A stretch of 64,000 bases of DNA from Rhizobiaceae bacterium (GTDB taxonomy: Bacteria > Pseudomonadota > Alphaproteobacteria > Rhizobiales > Rhizobiaceae): positions 87,686-151,685 of the forward strand of contig JAHBYU010000003.1 in assembly GCA_019635775.1 (NCBI GenBank). Reading direction: 5' to 3'. The notes beneath the pieces were generated by a model, which was given only the letters and a program-made list of their open reading frames with translations, had not been told where the DNA came from and made no database searches. This document shows positions 19,330 through 29,341 of this stretch, one piece after another. The position numbers and the translations under genes are program-made. The stretch's first letter is position 1, and each line of letters begins with the position of its first letter.

Positions 19330-19779
19330 TTAGGCGAACGGCACCATCGAAAGTCGAGCCAGCACTGCGGCGATGGCCTCATGTGGGTTCTCTTCTTGCA
19401 GTTCCAGAAGCGGCACCTGGCAACCCAGGAGGTCGAGCGTTTCCCCTTCCGGGAAGCGTGGGGATTGCCCGCGATCCGAGAGCCGGACGACCAGGTCCAC
19501 CGGGGCCTTGGCCTCACATGCCGTGCCTACCGGTCCGACGCCGCGTACTTCGACCAGTCCGGAAATCGTTGCCGGCGCGGTGGCCATAAGCTTGCCGCCG
19601 ATAACTGTGACGAAGATCTGGTCGTCCGCGACAAGGCGGCCAAACTGCCCTTCGGCATTGGCATGGCGCATAAGCGCCAACGCGAGCTGGGTCTTGCCTG
19701 CGCCGGACGCGCCGGTGATCACAATACCGCGATCCGCCAGCACGACCATGGTTGCGTGGAGGTTGGCAGGGGCGCTCAA
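19330..19779 (-). CDS. hprK: HPr kinase/phosphorylase, short alphaproteobacterial form (C-terminal kinase domain only)
   Basis: Walker A GASGAGKTQLALAL. Only 149 aa. TTG start at 19779 overlaps the chvG stop (TTGA). The first ATG, at 19749, would remove conserved N-terminal residues. Confidence 0.8.
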   Translation of the reverse strand: MSAPANLHATMVVLADRGIVITGASGAGKTQLALALMRHANAEGQFGRLVADDQIFVTVIGGKLMATAPATISGLVEVRGVGPVGTACEAKAPVDLVVRLSDRGQSPRFPEGETLDLLGCQVPLLELQEENPHEAIAAVLARLSMVPFA

Positions 19780-21563
19780 TTCTCTGCCGGAAGTGTGACG
19801 GTGAAGCGAGCGCCGCAGATTTCGCCCGGCTTGCTGCCGGCGATATTTTCAGCCGTCAACGTACCGCCGTGGGCTTCGACGATCTGGCGGCTGATTGACA
19901 GGCCGAGGCCCGAGTTCTGGCCGAAGGCCTCGCCGGATGGACGGTCCGTATAGAAGCGCTCGAAAATCCGGTCCAGATTGTCGGCGCGGATGCCGGGGCC
20001 GTTGTCATCGACGGTCAGGATGTTTTGTCGACCGGCGCGGGACAACGTAACGGTGATGCGCCCGGTGCCTTCGGGAACAAACGAACGCGCATTCTCGATG
20101 AGGTTGGTGATCACCTGGCCAAGTCTCAAGTCGTGGCCGATCACAAAGAAGCCCTTCGCTCCCTGAGGAAGCTTGCTCACATTGTAGTCGATCTCGACCT
20201 TCTTGCGGTTGGCGCCGGTGTCGCGTGTGACCGCGACAAGGTCACCGACGAATTTCTTCAGGTCGACCTTCGCGGCATCCTCTCGAGCCAGTTCGGCATC
20301 CAGTCGGGAAGCGTCCGAGATGTCCGTTATGAGCCTGTCCAGCCTTTTCACATCGTGCTGGATTATCTCCATAAGCCGGGCGCGAGATGCGTCGGTCTTG
20401 GCGATGGGCAGCGTCTCCACGGCACTTCTCAGAGAGGTCAACGGGTTCTTCAATTCGTGGCTGACATCCGCCGCGAAGCTTTCGATCGCCTCGATCCGCG
20501 CATAGAGCGCATTGGTCATATCGCGGACGGCAATGGAAAGATTCCCGATCTCGTCCTGACGATCGGAAAAATCGGGGATCTCCTCGCGACTCTTTACCCC
20601 GCGCCGCACCCGGTTTGCCGCTGCGGCCAGACGGCGCAACGGGTTTGCGATTGTTGAGGCGAGCATGATGGACAGAAGCACGTTGACCAGCGCCGCAACC
20701 CCGAAGACGCGCAGAATCGAATTGCGCTCGGCCTGAACGATCTTGTCGATGTCGCCGCCTTGCGTCGACAGCATAAGAACGCCAAGGACAGCCCGGAACC
20801 GCTGAACGGGCACCGCCACCGAAACGATCTGCTCACCCTGCTCCGAAATGCGCACGACGGTGGAGGGAATTCCGGTCAACGCGTTCATCACTTCCGGGAA
20901 TGCGGCGCCGTTGCCGCCCGGCTGCTCCTTGTAGAGCGGCAGGTCGGTGCGGATGAAGAAGCTGCCGATGAACTTCTGCACGCGCTCCAGCCAGTCGAGT
21001 TCTTCCTCGTCAACCGGTGGCAGGTCGTAGCGAAGGATTTGTCCGCGCGAATAGAGATGTCGGGAATCGAGCAGAAGGTTCGCGTCCCGGTCGTAGATCC
21101 GGGCGCGGATGCGCGTTGGAGAGATGAGGCGACGAAGCACCGGAGCGACGCGTTCCGGATTGATCGGGAAATCGAGGCTGTCGAGTTGGTCCGAACCGGG
21201 TCCAAGGCTCTCGCCCGCCTGCAACTCAAGCAGTTTCTCGGGATCGATGGAAATGGAATCCGTTTCCACGGTCGCGGATGCGGCGATCGCGCCGGCGATG
21301 ATCTCGCCTTGTGTCCTCAGGCTCTCCACCCGCGCCTCGATCAGCCCATCGCGGAACTGGTTCAGGTAGAGGATGCCGACAACCAGCACGCACAGGGCGG
21401 CCAGGTTCAGAAAAAGAATGCGCCTTGTGAGACTGGAGAAAATGTAGTGCCCAAGGAAGCGCTGCGCCCTGATCCTGAGGCGGCCGAGTGTCGAAGGCAG
21501 CGGCTTTGCCAGCCGCCGTGAGGCGGCCGGTGCGCTCTTCATATCTGCCACTTCCATGACCAA
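19776..21563 (-). CDS. chvG: sensor histidine kinase ChvG (ExoS)
   Basis: 595 aa. H-box DVSHELKNPLTSL; NLIENARSF, DDNGPGI and GLGLSISRQIV. Conserved position between chvI and hprK. Confidence 0.88.
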   Translation of the reverse strand: MVMEVADMKSAPAASRRLAKPLPSTLGRLRIRAQRFLGHYIFSSLTRRILFLNLAALCVLVVGILYLNQFRDGLIEARVESLRTQGEIIAGAIAASATVETDSISIDPEKLLELQAGESLGPGSDQLDSLDFPINPERVAPVLRRLISPTRIRARIYDRDANLLLDSRHLYSRGQILRYDLPPVDEEELDWLERVQKFIGSFFIRTDLPLYKEQPGGNGAAFPEVMNALTGIPSTVVRISEQGEQIVSVAVPVQRFRAVLGVLMLSTQGGDIDKIVQAERNSILRVFGVAALVNVLLSIMLASTIANPLRRLAAAANRVRRGVKSREEIPDFSDRQDEIGNLSIAVRDMTNALYARIEAIESFAADVSHELKNPLTSLRSAVETLPIAKTDASRARLMEIIQHDVKRLDRLITDISDASRLDAELAREDAAKVDLKKFVGDLVAVTRDTGANRKKVEIDYNVSKLPQGAKGFFVIGHDLRLGQVITNLIENARSFVPEGTGRITVTLSRAGRQNILTVDDNGPGIRADNLDRIFERFYTDRPSGEAFGQNSGLGLSISRQIVEAHGGTLTAENIAGSKPGEICGARFTVTLPAEN

Positions 21564-21621
21564 AACAGATGGTCTCCAGCCCCAGCCATGCGGGCGCTCC
21601 GCACCCCGCCCGACGACCCTT

Positions 21622-22323
21622 CTATGCCTCGCGGAAACGGTAGCCCACGCCGTACAGCGTCTCGATCATCTCGAACTCTTCATCCACCTGCTTGAACTTC
21701 TTGCGCAGGCGCTTGATGTGGCTGTCGATGGTCCGGTCATCGACATAGACCTGCTCATCATAGGCCGAATCCATCAGGGCATCACGGCTTTTTACCACGC
21801 CAGGGCGCTGGGCCAGCGAATGAAGTATGAGGAATTCGGTGACGGTCAGTGTGACTGGTTCGCCCTTCCACGTGCAGGTATGGCGTTCCTGGTCCATTAC
21901 GAGCGAACCGCGTTCCAAAGACTTCGACTGCTGCGCTGGTGTCTTCGCGCCGGCCTCCCGAGCCGAAGCCCGCCGCAGCACCGCTTTCACACGCTCGACA
22001 AGCAGGCGCTGGGAGAACGGTTTGCGGATGAAATCGTCGGCTCCCATCTTCAACCCGAAAAGCTCATCGATCTCGTCGTCCTTAGAAGTCAGGAAGATGA
22101 CGGGAAGATCCGACTTCTGCCGCATCCGGCGCAGGAGTTCCATGCCGTCCATGCGCGGCATCTTGATGTCGAGTATGGCTAGATTTGGCGGCCGGGCGGC
22201 AAGACCTTCCAGCGCCGAGGCGCCGTCCGTATAGGTCTCTACCCGGTAACCTTCCGATTCCAGCGCGATCGAGACCGATGTCAGAATATTCCGGTCGTCA
22301 TCGACAAGCGCGATTGTTGCCAT
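21622..22323 (-). CDS. chvI: OmpR-family response regulator ChvI
   Basis: Receiver domain [11 protein letters not shown]...DIKMPRMDG and winged helix [10 protein letters not shown]...YGVGYRF. The ATG at 22323 ([10 protein letters not shown]) was chosen and the 25-codon extension rejected. Confidence 0.9.
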   Translation of the reverse strand: MATIALVDDDRNILTSVSIALESEGYRVETYTDGASALEGLAARPPNLAILDIKMPRMDGMELLRRMRQKSDLPVIFLTSKDDEIDELFGLKMGADDFIRKPFSQRLLVERVKAVLRRASAREAGAKTPAQQSKSLERGSLVMDQERHTCTWKGEPVTLTVTEFLILHSLAQRPGVVKSRDALMDSAYDEQVYVDDRTIDSHIKRLRKKFKQVDEEFEMIETLYGVGYRFREA

Positions 22324-22500
22324 GTCAAGCGGCTCCCTCATGAGCGGGTGTCCCTTCCTGCTGCAGTCTGCGGCACTTGCGGGACAAATTGGGTACAAAT
22401 TGTGGCACAGTTTTCAGGTCATGTCACAGGAAGCCCCCCTCGTGCTATGCGGCCTTTCGTTGCGTCTATGACGACGCGGGGATGCCGATTCTTTGGGCGC

Positions 22501-22609
22501 GGATCCGAATTTTCTGCACACTTAAACGATTTAAAAGTTTTTCAAAATCTTTAAATCGATTAATGATTTGATATCGTTGATCTTTTCTGTTTTCCAGATT
22601 TCCGGATCC
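22501..22609. promoter_or_regulatory. AT-rich nested inverted repeats in the chvI-pckA divergent control region
   Basis: Perfect 9-bp inverted repeat CGATTTAAA (22527..22535) / TTTAAATCG (22550..22558). It sits inside an outer pair, GGATCCG.. (22501..) and ..CGGATCC (..22609). This is the most AT-rich non-coding stretch in the core part of the window. Confidence 0.45.
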
Positions 22610-22673
22610 CGTCGGGGTCTGCCCGGTCGAGATGACGGGACAATTGTAATCGAAGACTTTGAGGGAGCCTCCG

Positions 22674-24287
22674 ATGAATGAGATCGGACAGTGGAATCGC
22701 GCCTGCGGAATCGGCCTGACCGGCCTGACGACCGAAGGCTCGGTCTACTATAACCTCCAGGCTCCCGATCTCTATATCCAGGCAATCCAGCGAAGCGAGG
22801 CGGAAATCAGCGCGGACGGCGCGCTCGTTGCCTATACCGGCCAGCACACCGGCCGGTCGCCGAAGGACAAGTTCGTCGTGCGCGACCGCAACACCGAACA
22901 TACTGTCTGGTGGGACGCCAACAAGCCGATGGATCTGGACGCATTCGAAAGGCTGCGCGCCGACTTCATCAGGCATGCCGGCAACCATGATCTCTTTGTC
23001 CAGGATCTGGTCGGCGGCGCCGACCCTGCGCGTTGCCTGTCGGTCAGGGTGGTCACGGAATATGCCTGGCATTCCCTGTTCATCCGCAATCTCCTGATCC
23101 GTCCGGAAGTGGATGCGCTCGACGATTTCCTGCCAAAGATGACGATCATAGACCTGCCATCCTTCAAGGCCGATCCTGAACGTCACGGCACACGCTCTGA
23201 AACCGTGGTCGCCATCGATTTGACGCGAATGATCGTCCTGATCGGCGGCACGGCCTATGCCGGCGAGATGAAGAAGGCCGTGTTCACCGCTCTCAATCAT
23301 ATTCTGCTGGAGCAGGACGTCATGCCTATGCATTGCTCGGCAAATGTCGGTCCGGACGGCGACTCGGCGATTTTCTTTGGCCTTTCGGGCACGGGGAAGA
23401 CGACACTGTCAGCCGATCCGGCGCGCACGCTGATCGGCGACGACGAGCATGGCTGGGGTCCGGAAGGGATCTTCAATTTCGAGGGTGGATGTTATGCCAA
23501 GTGTATCCGGCTTTCGGCCGAGGCGGAGCCCGAGATTTTCGCGGCAAGCACGCGGTTCGGCGCCGTACTGGAAAACGTCATCCTGGAATCCGTGACGAAG
23601 AAACCTGACTTCGATGACGAATCGAGGACGGAAAATACACGCTCCGCCTATCCGCTGCCTTTCATCCCGAACGCGTCCCTTACCGGTCGCGCAGGTCAGC
23701 CCAGGAATGTCGTCATGCTCGCGGCCGACGCCTTCGGCGTCATGCCTCCGATTGCGAAGCTGACCCCTGCGCAGGCGATGTACCATTTCCTGTCGGGCTA
23801 CACGGCCAAGGTTGCGGGCACGGAACGTGGTGTTACTGAACCGACGCCGGAGTTCTCTGCGTGCTTTGGCTCGCCCTTCCTGCCGCGCCACCCCTCGGAA
23901 TACGGCACGTTGCTCAAGCGGCTCATTGCCGAGCACAACGTTTCCTGTTGGCTGGTCAATACAGGCTGGACGGGTGGCCCTTATGGCATCGGCAAGCGGA
24001 TGCCGATCAAGGTCACCCGCGCGTTGCTTTCGGCGGCGCTCGACGGATCACTGAAGGGGGTGCAGTTCCGCACCGATCCGTCATTCGGTTTCGAGGTGCC
24101 GATATCCGTTCCGGGGATCGATGCGGCGATCCTCGATCCGCGTTCCACCTGGGCCGACGGGGCAGCCTATGACCGTCAGGCCGAAAAACTCGTCGGCATG
24201 TTCATCGACAACTTCGCCAGGTTCGAGGATCATGTCGACGGCTCGGTGCTGGGCGCAGCACCGCGTGTGCTGGAGGCGGCGGAATAG
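22674..24287 (+). CDS. pckA: phosphoenolpyruvate carboxykinase (ATP)
   Basis: Kinase-1a loop [11 protein letters not shown], and the family pattern holds along the whole length. ATG at 22674. Confidence 0.95.
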   Translation: MNEIGQWNRACGIGLTGLTTEGSVYYNLQAPDLYIQAIQRSEAEISADGALVAYTGQHTGRSPKDKFVVRDRNTEHTVWWDANKPMDLDAFERLRADFIRHAGNHDLFVQDLVGGADPARCLSVRVVTEYAWHSLFIRNLLIRPEVDALDDFLPKMTIIDLPSFKADPERHGTRSETVVAIDLTRMIVLIGGTAYAGEMKKAVFTALNHILLEQDVMPMHCSANVGPDGDSAIFFGLSGTGKTTLSADPARTLIGDDEHGWGPEGIFNFEGGCYAKCIRLSAEAEPEIFAASTRFGAVLENVILESVTKKPDFDDESRTENTRSAYPLPFIPNASLTGRAGQPRNVVMLAADAFGVMPPIAKLTPAQAMYHFLSGYTAKVAGTERGVTEPTPEFSACFGSPFLPRHPSEYGTLLKRLIAEHNVSCWLVNTGWTGGPYGIGKRMPIKVTRALLSAALDGSLKGVQFRTDPSFGFEVPISVPGIDAAILDPRSTWADGAAYDRQAEKLVGMFIDNFARFEDHVDGSVLGAAPRVLEAAE

Positions 24288-24329
24288 AACTCCTTCGTCG
24301 CCTCTGGCACTTTCACGAAACATCGATCT

Positions 24330-24358
24330 GGCCCGGTTCGCCCGGGCCTTTTCTTTTT
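24330..24358 (+). terminator. rho-independent terminator after pckA
   Basis: GGCCCGG-TTCGC-CCGGGCC stem-loop followed by TTTTCTTTTT. Confidence 0.75.
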
Positions 24359-24372
24359 CGCGCATCCGCGCC

Positions 24373-24822
24373 ATGTCTTGCCCCATGTCCGCTGACGAAA
24401 AAATCACAATATCCGGCGAGGCCGTGATCCATCCTGACGACATTGAGGAGAGCTTCATCCGCTCCTCCGGTCCGGGAGGGCAGAACGTCAACAAGGTTGC
24501 CACCGCTGTCCAGCTTCGCTTCGATGCGGTGTCGGCGGTGGGGCTGTCCGAGAGGGTACGGTCGCGCGTGATAAAGCTCGCGGGCCAGCGCGCCACGAAG
24601 GAAGGCGTGATCGTTATCGAGGCGGGTCGATTCCGCACGCAGGAGCAGAACCGCGCCGATGCCCGCGAGCGACTGACCGAACTGGTTGCAAAGGCTGCGG
24701 AGCCGCCGCCGAAACCGCGCAGAAAAACGAAACCGACAAAGGGCTCGATCGAGCGCCGCCTGAAGGAAAAGGCGGGCCGCTCCACGGTCAAGAAGATGCG
24801 TGGGCGCGTGGAGCGCGATTGA
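24373..24822 (+). CDS. arfB: alternative ribosome-rescue factor ArfB (peptidyl-tRNA hydrolase, GGQ domain)
   Basis: GPGGQNVNKV GGQ motif and a basic C-terminal tail (PPKPRRKTKPTKGS..RRLKEK). ATG at 24373 (or 24385) lies after the pckA terminator. The longer form of ORF 24121..24822 overlaps pckA. Confidence 0.85.
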   Translation: MSCPMSADEKITISGEAVIHPDDIEESFIRSSGPGGQNVNKVATAVQLRFDAVSAVGLSERVRSRVIKLAGQRATKEGVIVIEAGRFRTQEQNRADARERLTELVAKAAEPPPKPRRKTKPTKGSIERRLKEKAGRSTVKKMRGRVERD

Positions 24823-25454
24823 TGACGCGAGGATCGAAGCCGGCCCTGACGCCGGGAATACGCTACTTCCCCGGACATTTTGACCGTGATGCCCAACTGG
24901 CGCTCGTCGAGCAGGTCCGCCATGTGGTAGAGGATGCGCCGCTCTTCATGCCCGCCATGCCGCGTACCGGCAAGGAAATGAGCGTCCGCATGACAAATTG
25001 CGGCGAACTTGGCTGGGTAACGGACAAGGATCGCGGCTACCGCTACCAGTCAACGCATCCGGTGACCGGCTCGCCCTGGCCGCCAATTCCCGGAACGCTG
25101 CTCGAGCTTTGGCGGGATGTCGCTGAACACCCACTGCCGCCACAGGCCTGCCTGGTGAATTTCTACTCGGACGCTGCGAAGATGGGTTTGCATCAGGATA
25201 GTGACGAGAGTGATCTTTCCGCGCCGGTCGTGTCGGTGTCGCTTGGAGACGAATGCCTGTTCCGTATCGGAGGCACGAAGCGCACAGACCCTACCCGCTC
25301 ATTCCGCCTGCGTTCGGGCGATGTCCTGGTACTGGGTGGCGAAGGCCGCCTCGCTTTCCATGGCGTCGACCGGATCTACCCGGGCACCTCGACGCTTCTG
25401 AAGCATGGCGGGCGGATCAACCTGACGCTGAGGCGGGTAACCGGTTCGCCCTGA
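24819..25454 (+). CDS. alkB: alpha-ketoglutarate-dependent dioxygenase AlkB
   Basis: MGLHQDSDE (HxD iron site), VSVSLGD.CLF, and RLAFHGV...RINLTLR, all typical of AlkB. ATGA overlap with arfB. Confidence 0.85.
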   Translation: MMTRGSKPALTPGIRYFPGHFDRDAQLALVEQVRHVVEDAPLFMPAMPRTGKEMSVRMTNCGELGWVTDKDRGYRYQSTHPVTGSPWPPIPGTLLELWRDVAEHPLPPQACLVNFYSDAAKMGLHQDSDESDLSAPVVSVSLGDECLFRIGGTKRTDPTRSFRLRSGDVLVLGGEGRLAFHGVDRIYPGTSTLLKHGGRINLTLRRVTGSP

Positions 25455-25533
25455 TTGTCCACATCCGGGAAACGTTTCCTTAAAGACGCGGTGGTAGCTC
25501 TGGTCGAGGTCTCGGGGCGAGGTTGACCGGCGG

Positions 25534-26622
25534 ATGAGCGACACTACACTGACGCGCAACGCGACGCCGCGCTCCATTGTGCGTGAGATCGCCGATGCGT
25601 GGGTCCACGAAATCCGGTGCAATCGTGTTTTCTACGCCATTCTCGCTGCATGGCTTGCCTGCACCATCGCGATTTCAATCCTGCGGCAGGATGGGTTCCT
25701 TGCGGAATTTGCAGAATATATGGGCCGCGCAATCCGGGCGGGTCTGATCATCGCGTGCTTCGCTGTCGCCAGCGTGGGCGTGAAGGTTCTCGTCCGCCGT
25801 CCCGACAGCCCGCTCAAGGCTTTCGGTACGGCGCTCGTCGCTTTCTTCCCCGGCCCGATGGTGCTGCGCTACGCCTACGGCTTTCTTGTGTTCGCGGTTT
25901 TCATGGCGTCGTTCCTGTATAGCAAGATGCTGATCCCACAGATGTCGCCCTTCGCCTGGGACGAAACATTCACCGCATGGGATCAGGCCCTTTTCGGCGG
26001 ATACCAACCCTGGATGGTGCTGCAGCCGCTGCTCGGCTATCCGCTCGTGACGCGTGCCCTAGACTACGCTTATGTCGGCTGGGTGCCGGGCATCTTCCTT
26101 TTCTGGAGCTGGATGATGGCCAGCCCCAACGTGCCGCAACCGCTCCGCCGACGATACTGGGTGGCGACGATCCTGTGCTGGATACTGCTTGGCGTCGTGG
26201 CTGCGACCCTGCTGTCGTCTGTCGGCCCGTGCTTCCTGCCGCAATTCTTTCCCGGTCTCGCGGGCGAATACACCCATCTGAACGGCTATCTGGCGGCGCT
26301 GCACCAGGATTTCGGGCTGGCATCCAGCCTGACCAAGGAACATCTGCTGGAAGTGTATGCGGGCCTCACAACCGAGCCGGGTGGTATCTCCGCTATGCCG
26401 AGCATGCACAACGCGCAAGCGATGCTCTTTGTGCTCGCTGCCTACCGGGTCAACCGTGTGCTTGGCCATGTCATGGTTGGCTACGCCATCGTCATCTTCC
26501 TCGCCTCGGTGATGCTGGCCTGGCACTATGCGGTGGACAGCATTGCCGGCATGGCGGGAGCGGCGGCAATCTGGTGGCTGACGAGCTACCTCGCACAAGA
26601 TCGCCCGGAGACAGTCCGTTGA
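25534..26622 (+). CDS. polytopic membrane protein, PAP2-superfamily (IPC/sphingomyelin-synthase-like PSMH ... HYxxD motifs), paralog 1
   Basis: 362-aa hydrophobic ORF with AMPSMHNA and LAWHYAVDSIAG near the C-terminus. Confidence 0.6.
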   Translation: MSDTTLTRNATPRSIVREIADAWVHEIRCNRVFYAILAAWLACTIAISILRQDGFLAEFAEYMGRAIRAGLIIACFAVASVGVKVLVRRPDSPLKAFGTALVAFFPGPMVLRYAYGFLVFAVFMASFLYSKMLIPQMSPFAWDETFTAWDQALFGGYQPWMVLQPLLGYPLVTRALDYAYVGWVPGIFLFWSWMMASPNVPQPLRRRYWVATILCWILLGVVAATLLSSVGPCFLPQFFPGLAGEYTHLNGYLAALHQDFGLASSLTKEHLLEVYAGLTTEPGGISAMPSMHNAQAMLFVLAAYRVNRVLGHVMVGYAIVIFLASVMLAWHYAVDSIAGMAGAAAIWWLTSYLAQDRPETVR

Positions 26623-26666
26623 CCATCATCCCGCTTGAAGGGACCGCGACGGCCCGCGGCACCTAC

Positions 26667-27689
26667 ATGCAGCTTTCGCGGGGAGACAAGCTGGTCCTTG
26701 GGTTGATGGCATCCTACGCCCTTCTGGCGGCCATACTGTTGACGGCGACGGGTGCCGAACAGGCATTCGCCTTCAGCCCCTACATCATCGTCTGGCCATT
26801 TGTATTCCTGGTCCTCTTTCCGTTCATCTATTGCATGCTGGTTCTGCTACGAATCGTGCATCGCCTGCCCTCGTTGCGCGGCAGGAAGATGGCACTGCGC
26901 CGCGCTCTGTCGCGGCGGTACATGCAACCTTTCGCGACCGGCCTGCTCATCATGACCGGGATGGTCCTGTTTCAGGGAGCTTTCACATCCATCAAATCGG
27001 CCCTGCCTATCTGGTGGGGCGATTTTCCCTACGACGTCGCGCAGGCCGACATCGATCAGGCCATCCATATGGGAGCCGACCCCTGGCGTTACCTTATGAC
27101 GATCGAAAGCAGTGAACGGCTGCGCTGGATCATCGAGTGGAACTACAGCCAGGGCTGGTTTGTCTTCTGCTACGGAGTACTCTTTCTCGTGGCGATTTCC
27201 GCACGGGCCTCAGCCATCAGAACGCGCTATTTCGTGACCTATATGGTGGCGTGGGTGGTTATAGGAAACATATTTGCGGGCATTTTCCTGTCGGCCGGGC
27301 CGGCATTCTACGGTTCCGTCACGGGCGACGCGGCACGCTTCGGCGACCAGCTTGCCTTCCTCTCACAAGGCGATATTGGCCAGCACTCAGCGAGATACCT
27401 ACAGATCTATCTTTGGGAAATGTACGACAGCGGTACGGCCGGGTTCGGTTCCGGCATTTCAGCCTTCCCGAGCATGCATGTTGCGCTGGTCATGCTCAAC
27501 GCGCTGTTTTTGATGGAAATTGACAGGAGGTTGGGAGCCGTCGCCCTTGGCTATGTGGCCTTCGTGCTGGCAAGCTCCGTCTATCTCGCCTGGCACTATG
27601 CGCTCGACGGCTACGCAGCGGTAGTACTCACAATTCTCCTCTACCTTGCGGTCAAGATGGCAAGTGGGCAAGTAAAGGCCGCAACATAA
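26667..27689 (+). CDS. polytopic membrane protein, PAP2-superfamily, paralog 2
   Basis: In-frame ATG at 26667 (MQLSRGDKLVL). AFPSMHVA and LAWHYALDGYAA are in the same relative positions as in paralog 1. The remainder of ORF 25977..27689 is an open frame overlapping paralog 1. Confidence 0.6.
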   Translation: MQLSRGDKLVLGLMASYALLAAILLTATGAEQAFAFSPYIIVWPFVFLVLFPFIYCMLVLLRIVHRLPSLRGRKMALRRALSRRYMQPFATGLLIMTGMVLFQGAFTSIKSALPIWWGDFPYDVAQADIDQAIHMGADPWRYLMTIESSERLRWIIEWNYSQGWFVFCYGVLFLVAISARASAIRTRYFVTYMVAWVVIGNIFAGIFLSAGPAFYGSVTGDAARFGDQLAFLSQGDIGQHSARYLQIYLWEMYDSGTAGFGSGISAFPSMHVALVMLNALFLMEIDRRLGAVALGYVAFVLASSVYLAWHYALDGYAAVVLTILLYLAVKMASGQVKAAT

Positions 27690-27693
27690 GTTG

Positions 27694-27714
27694 CCGGCAG
27701 CTTTAAGCTGCCGG
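27694..27714. terminator. 9-bp perfect stem-loop between convergent genes (possible bidirectional terminator)
   Basis: CCGGCAGCT-TTA-AGCTGCCGG. The flanking T-runs are weak. Confidence 0.45.
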
Positions 27715-27748
27715 ATTGCTATTCCGGTTCCTTCAGCGCAACACCGTT

Positions 27749-27934
27749 TTACTGCTGCGCAGCAGGCTCTGCAGGCTTTGCTTCTTCCGCCGGCGGTGGA
27801 ACCTGCTTGATCACGCTGGCGACATTGGTTTCGGTGTCGACCGATGCGGACACCGGCTTGTGCCCGGCGCATTCGGCCGCTGCCATCGAAACAGAGAAGC
27901 CCATGACGGCCGCGAGTACGAGAATCGTCTTCAT
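27749..27934 (-). CDS. small exported protein (61 aa), unknown function
   Basis: ATG at 27934. Signal-peptide-like MKTILVLAAVMGFSVSMAAA followed by a Pro/Ala/Glu-rich tail. The longer 135-aa ORF form was rejected. Confidence 0.45.
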   Translation of the reverse strand: MKTILVLAAVMGFSVSMAAAECAGHKPVSASVDTETNVASVIKQVPPPAEEAKPAEPAAQQ

Positions 27935-28032
27935 CGTGTTCCCTTCATGTCTGTTCGCCCGGAGACAGACTAGGCGCACAAGGCCATACCGTGAAATCAC
28001 AATTTCGCGTTCAGATAGGCGTGCTTCACTCT

Positions 28033-28992
28033 TCAGAGCTTCCGGAGCGCAACCTGCTCGACGCGATGGTCGGCGCCCTTGCGCAGGATAAGGTCGGCCC
28101 GGGGCCTCGTCGGGCGGATGTTCTCGCGGAGGTTCTTCAGGTTGATATTGGCCCACAACCCCTCCGCGATCGCCTTTGCCGCCTCGTCTGAAAGCTCTGA
28201 ATAGCGATGGAAGAAGGATTGCGGATTTCGGAAGGCGGTTTCCCTGAGGCGCATGAACCGTTCGACATACCAGCCGTGGATCAGTTCTTCCTCCGCGTCG
28301 ATATAGACTGAGAAGTCGAAGAAGTCGGAGAGAAAGGGAACGAACCTGCCGTCCTTTGGAAGGTCTCGGGTCTGCAACACGTTCAGGCCCTCGAAGATCA
28401 GGATGTCGGGGCGGTCGATCGTGACGGATTCATCCGGCACAACGTCATAGGTCAGGTGCGAATAGACCGGTGCACGCACGTCAGGTTGTCCGGACTTGAT
28501 TTGCGAAAGGAAGCGCAACAGGGCACCGACATCATAGCTGTCAGGAAAACCCTTGCGTTCCATGAGATTGTTCCGGCGAAGCACCTCGTTCGGAAACAGA
28601 AACCCGTCCGTCGTTACGAGATCGACCTTCGGGCTCGACGGCCAGCGGGCCAGAAGCTCCTTCAAAAGCCGTGCCGTGGTGGATTTTCCGACCGCTACGG
28701 AGCCAGCAATGCCGATGATGAACGGGGTCTTGACCGCGTCACGTCGGTTGAAGAATGCGCGGCGTTGCTCAAACAGCAACTGGCTCGCCTCGACATGCGC
28801 CGACAGCAATCTCGAGATCGACAGGTAAATCCGGCGGACCTCGTCGAGGTCGATTGGATCGTTGAGCGACGACAGCCTGCGCACCTCTTCATGCGTCAGG
28901 TCGAGTGCCGCACCTGCAGCGAATTCGGCCCAGCGCTCGGCAGAGAAGAAGCGGTACGGCGAATACTTTCCGCTCGCAATTGGCTGATCCAT
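28033..28992 (-). CDS. coaA: type I pantothenate kinase
   Basis: P-loop [25 protein letters not shown] and KGFPDSYD. The ATG at 28992 gives 319 aa. The 436-aa form reads through hisE in another frame. Confidence 0.9.
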   Translation of the reverse strand: MDQPIASGKYSPYRFFSAERWAEFAAGAALDLTHEEVRRLSSLNDPIDLDEVRRIYLSISRLLSAHVEASQLLFEQRRAFFNRRDAVKTPFIIGIAGSVAVGKSTTARLLKELLARWPSSPKVDLVTTDGFLFPNEVLRRNNLMERKGFPDSYDVGALLRFLSQIKSGQPDVRAPVYSHLTYDVVPDESVTIDRPDILIFEGLNVLQTRDLPKDGRFVPFLSDFFDFSVYIDAEEELIHGWYVERFMRLRETAFRNPQSFFHRYSELSDEAAKAIAEGLWANINLKNLRENIRPTRPRADLILRKGADHRVEQVALRKL

Positions 28993-29008
28993 TGTCACCC
29001 TCGTCGGT

Positions 29009-29341
29009 TCAGCGCTGCGTGTCGCGCGAAGCCTTCTCCGCGATCCCCGACTGCCCGGTGCGCCGCTCCAGTTCTGCCAGAACATCCGAAAGCGGAATGT
29101 CTGCAAGCGCCAGAACAACGAGCCAATGATAGAGGAGATCAGCACTTTCGGAGACCAGCGCCTTTCGGTCTGCGCTGACGGCGGCAATGACGGTCTCGAT
29201 AGCCTCCTCACCAAGTTTCTTGGCCGCCCTTTCGGTCCCACCGGCAAAAAGCTTGGCCGTCCACGAGGCCGCATCGCCAGAACGGCCCCGCTCGGCGACG
29301 ATCTTTTCAAGGTCCGAAAGAGAAAACCCTGCCATACGCAC
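29009..29341 (-). CDS. hisE: phosphoribosyl-ATP diphosphatase
   Basis: SWTAKLF..G....KKLGEEA.E..IA and [13 protein letters not shown] match the HisE pattern. Confidence 0.88.
   Translation of the reverse strand: MRMAGFSLSDLEKIVAERGRSGDAASWTAKLFAGGTERAAKKLGEEAIETVIAAVSADRKALVSESADLLYHWLVVLALADIPLSDVLAELERRTGQSGIAEKASRDTQR

Noticed and set aside
22520-22565. Multiple TTAA motifs that might be CtrA boxes (TTAA-N7-TTAA).
   Set aside because: The spacings I count are N5, N16 and N5, not N7.
25977-27689. A single 570-aa ORF spanning both PAP2-like genes.
   Set aside because: Its first 230 codons are an alternative frame of paralog 1 and give an Arg/Pro/Gly-rich product. The hydrophobic, motif-bearing part starts at the in-frame ATG at 26667, just after the paralog-1 stop.
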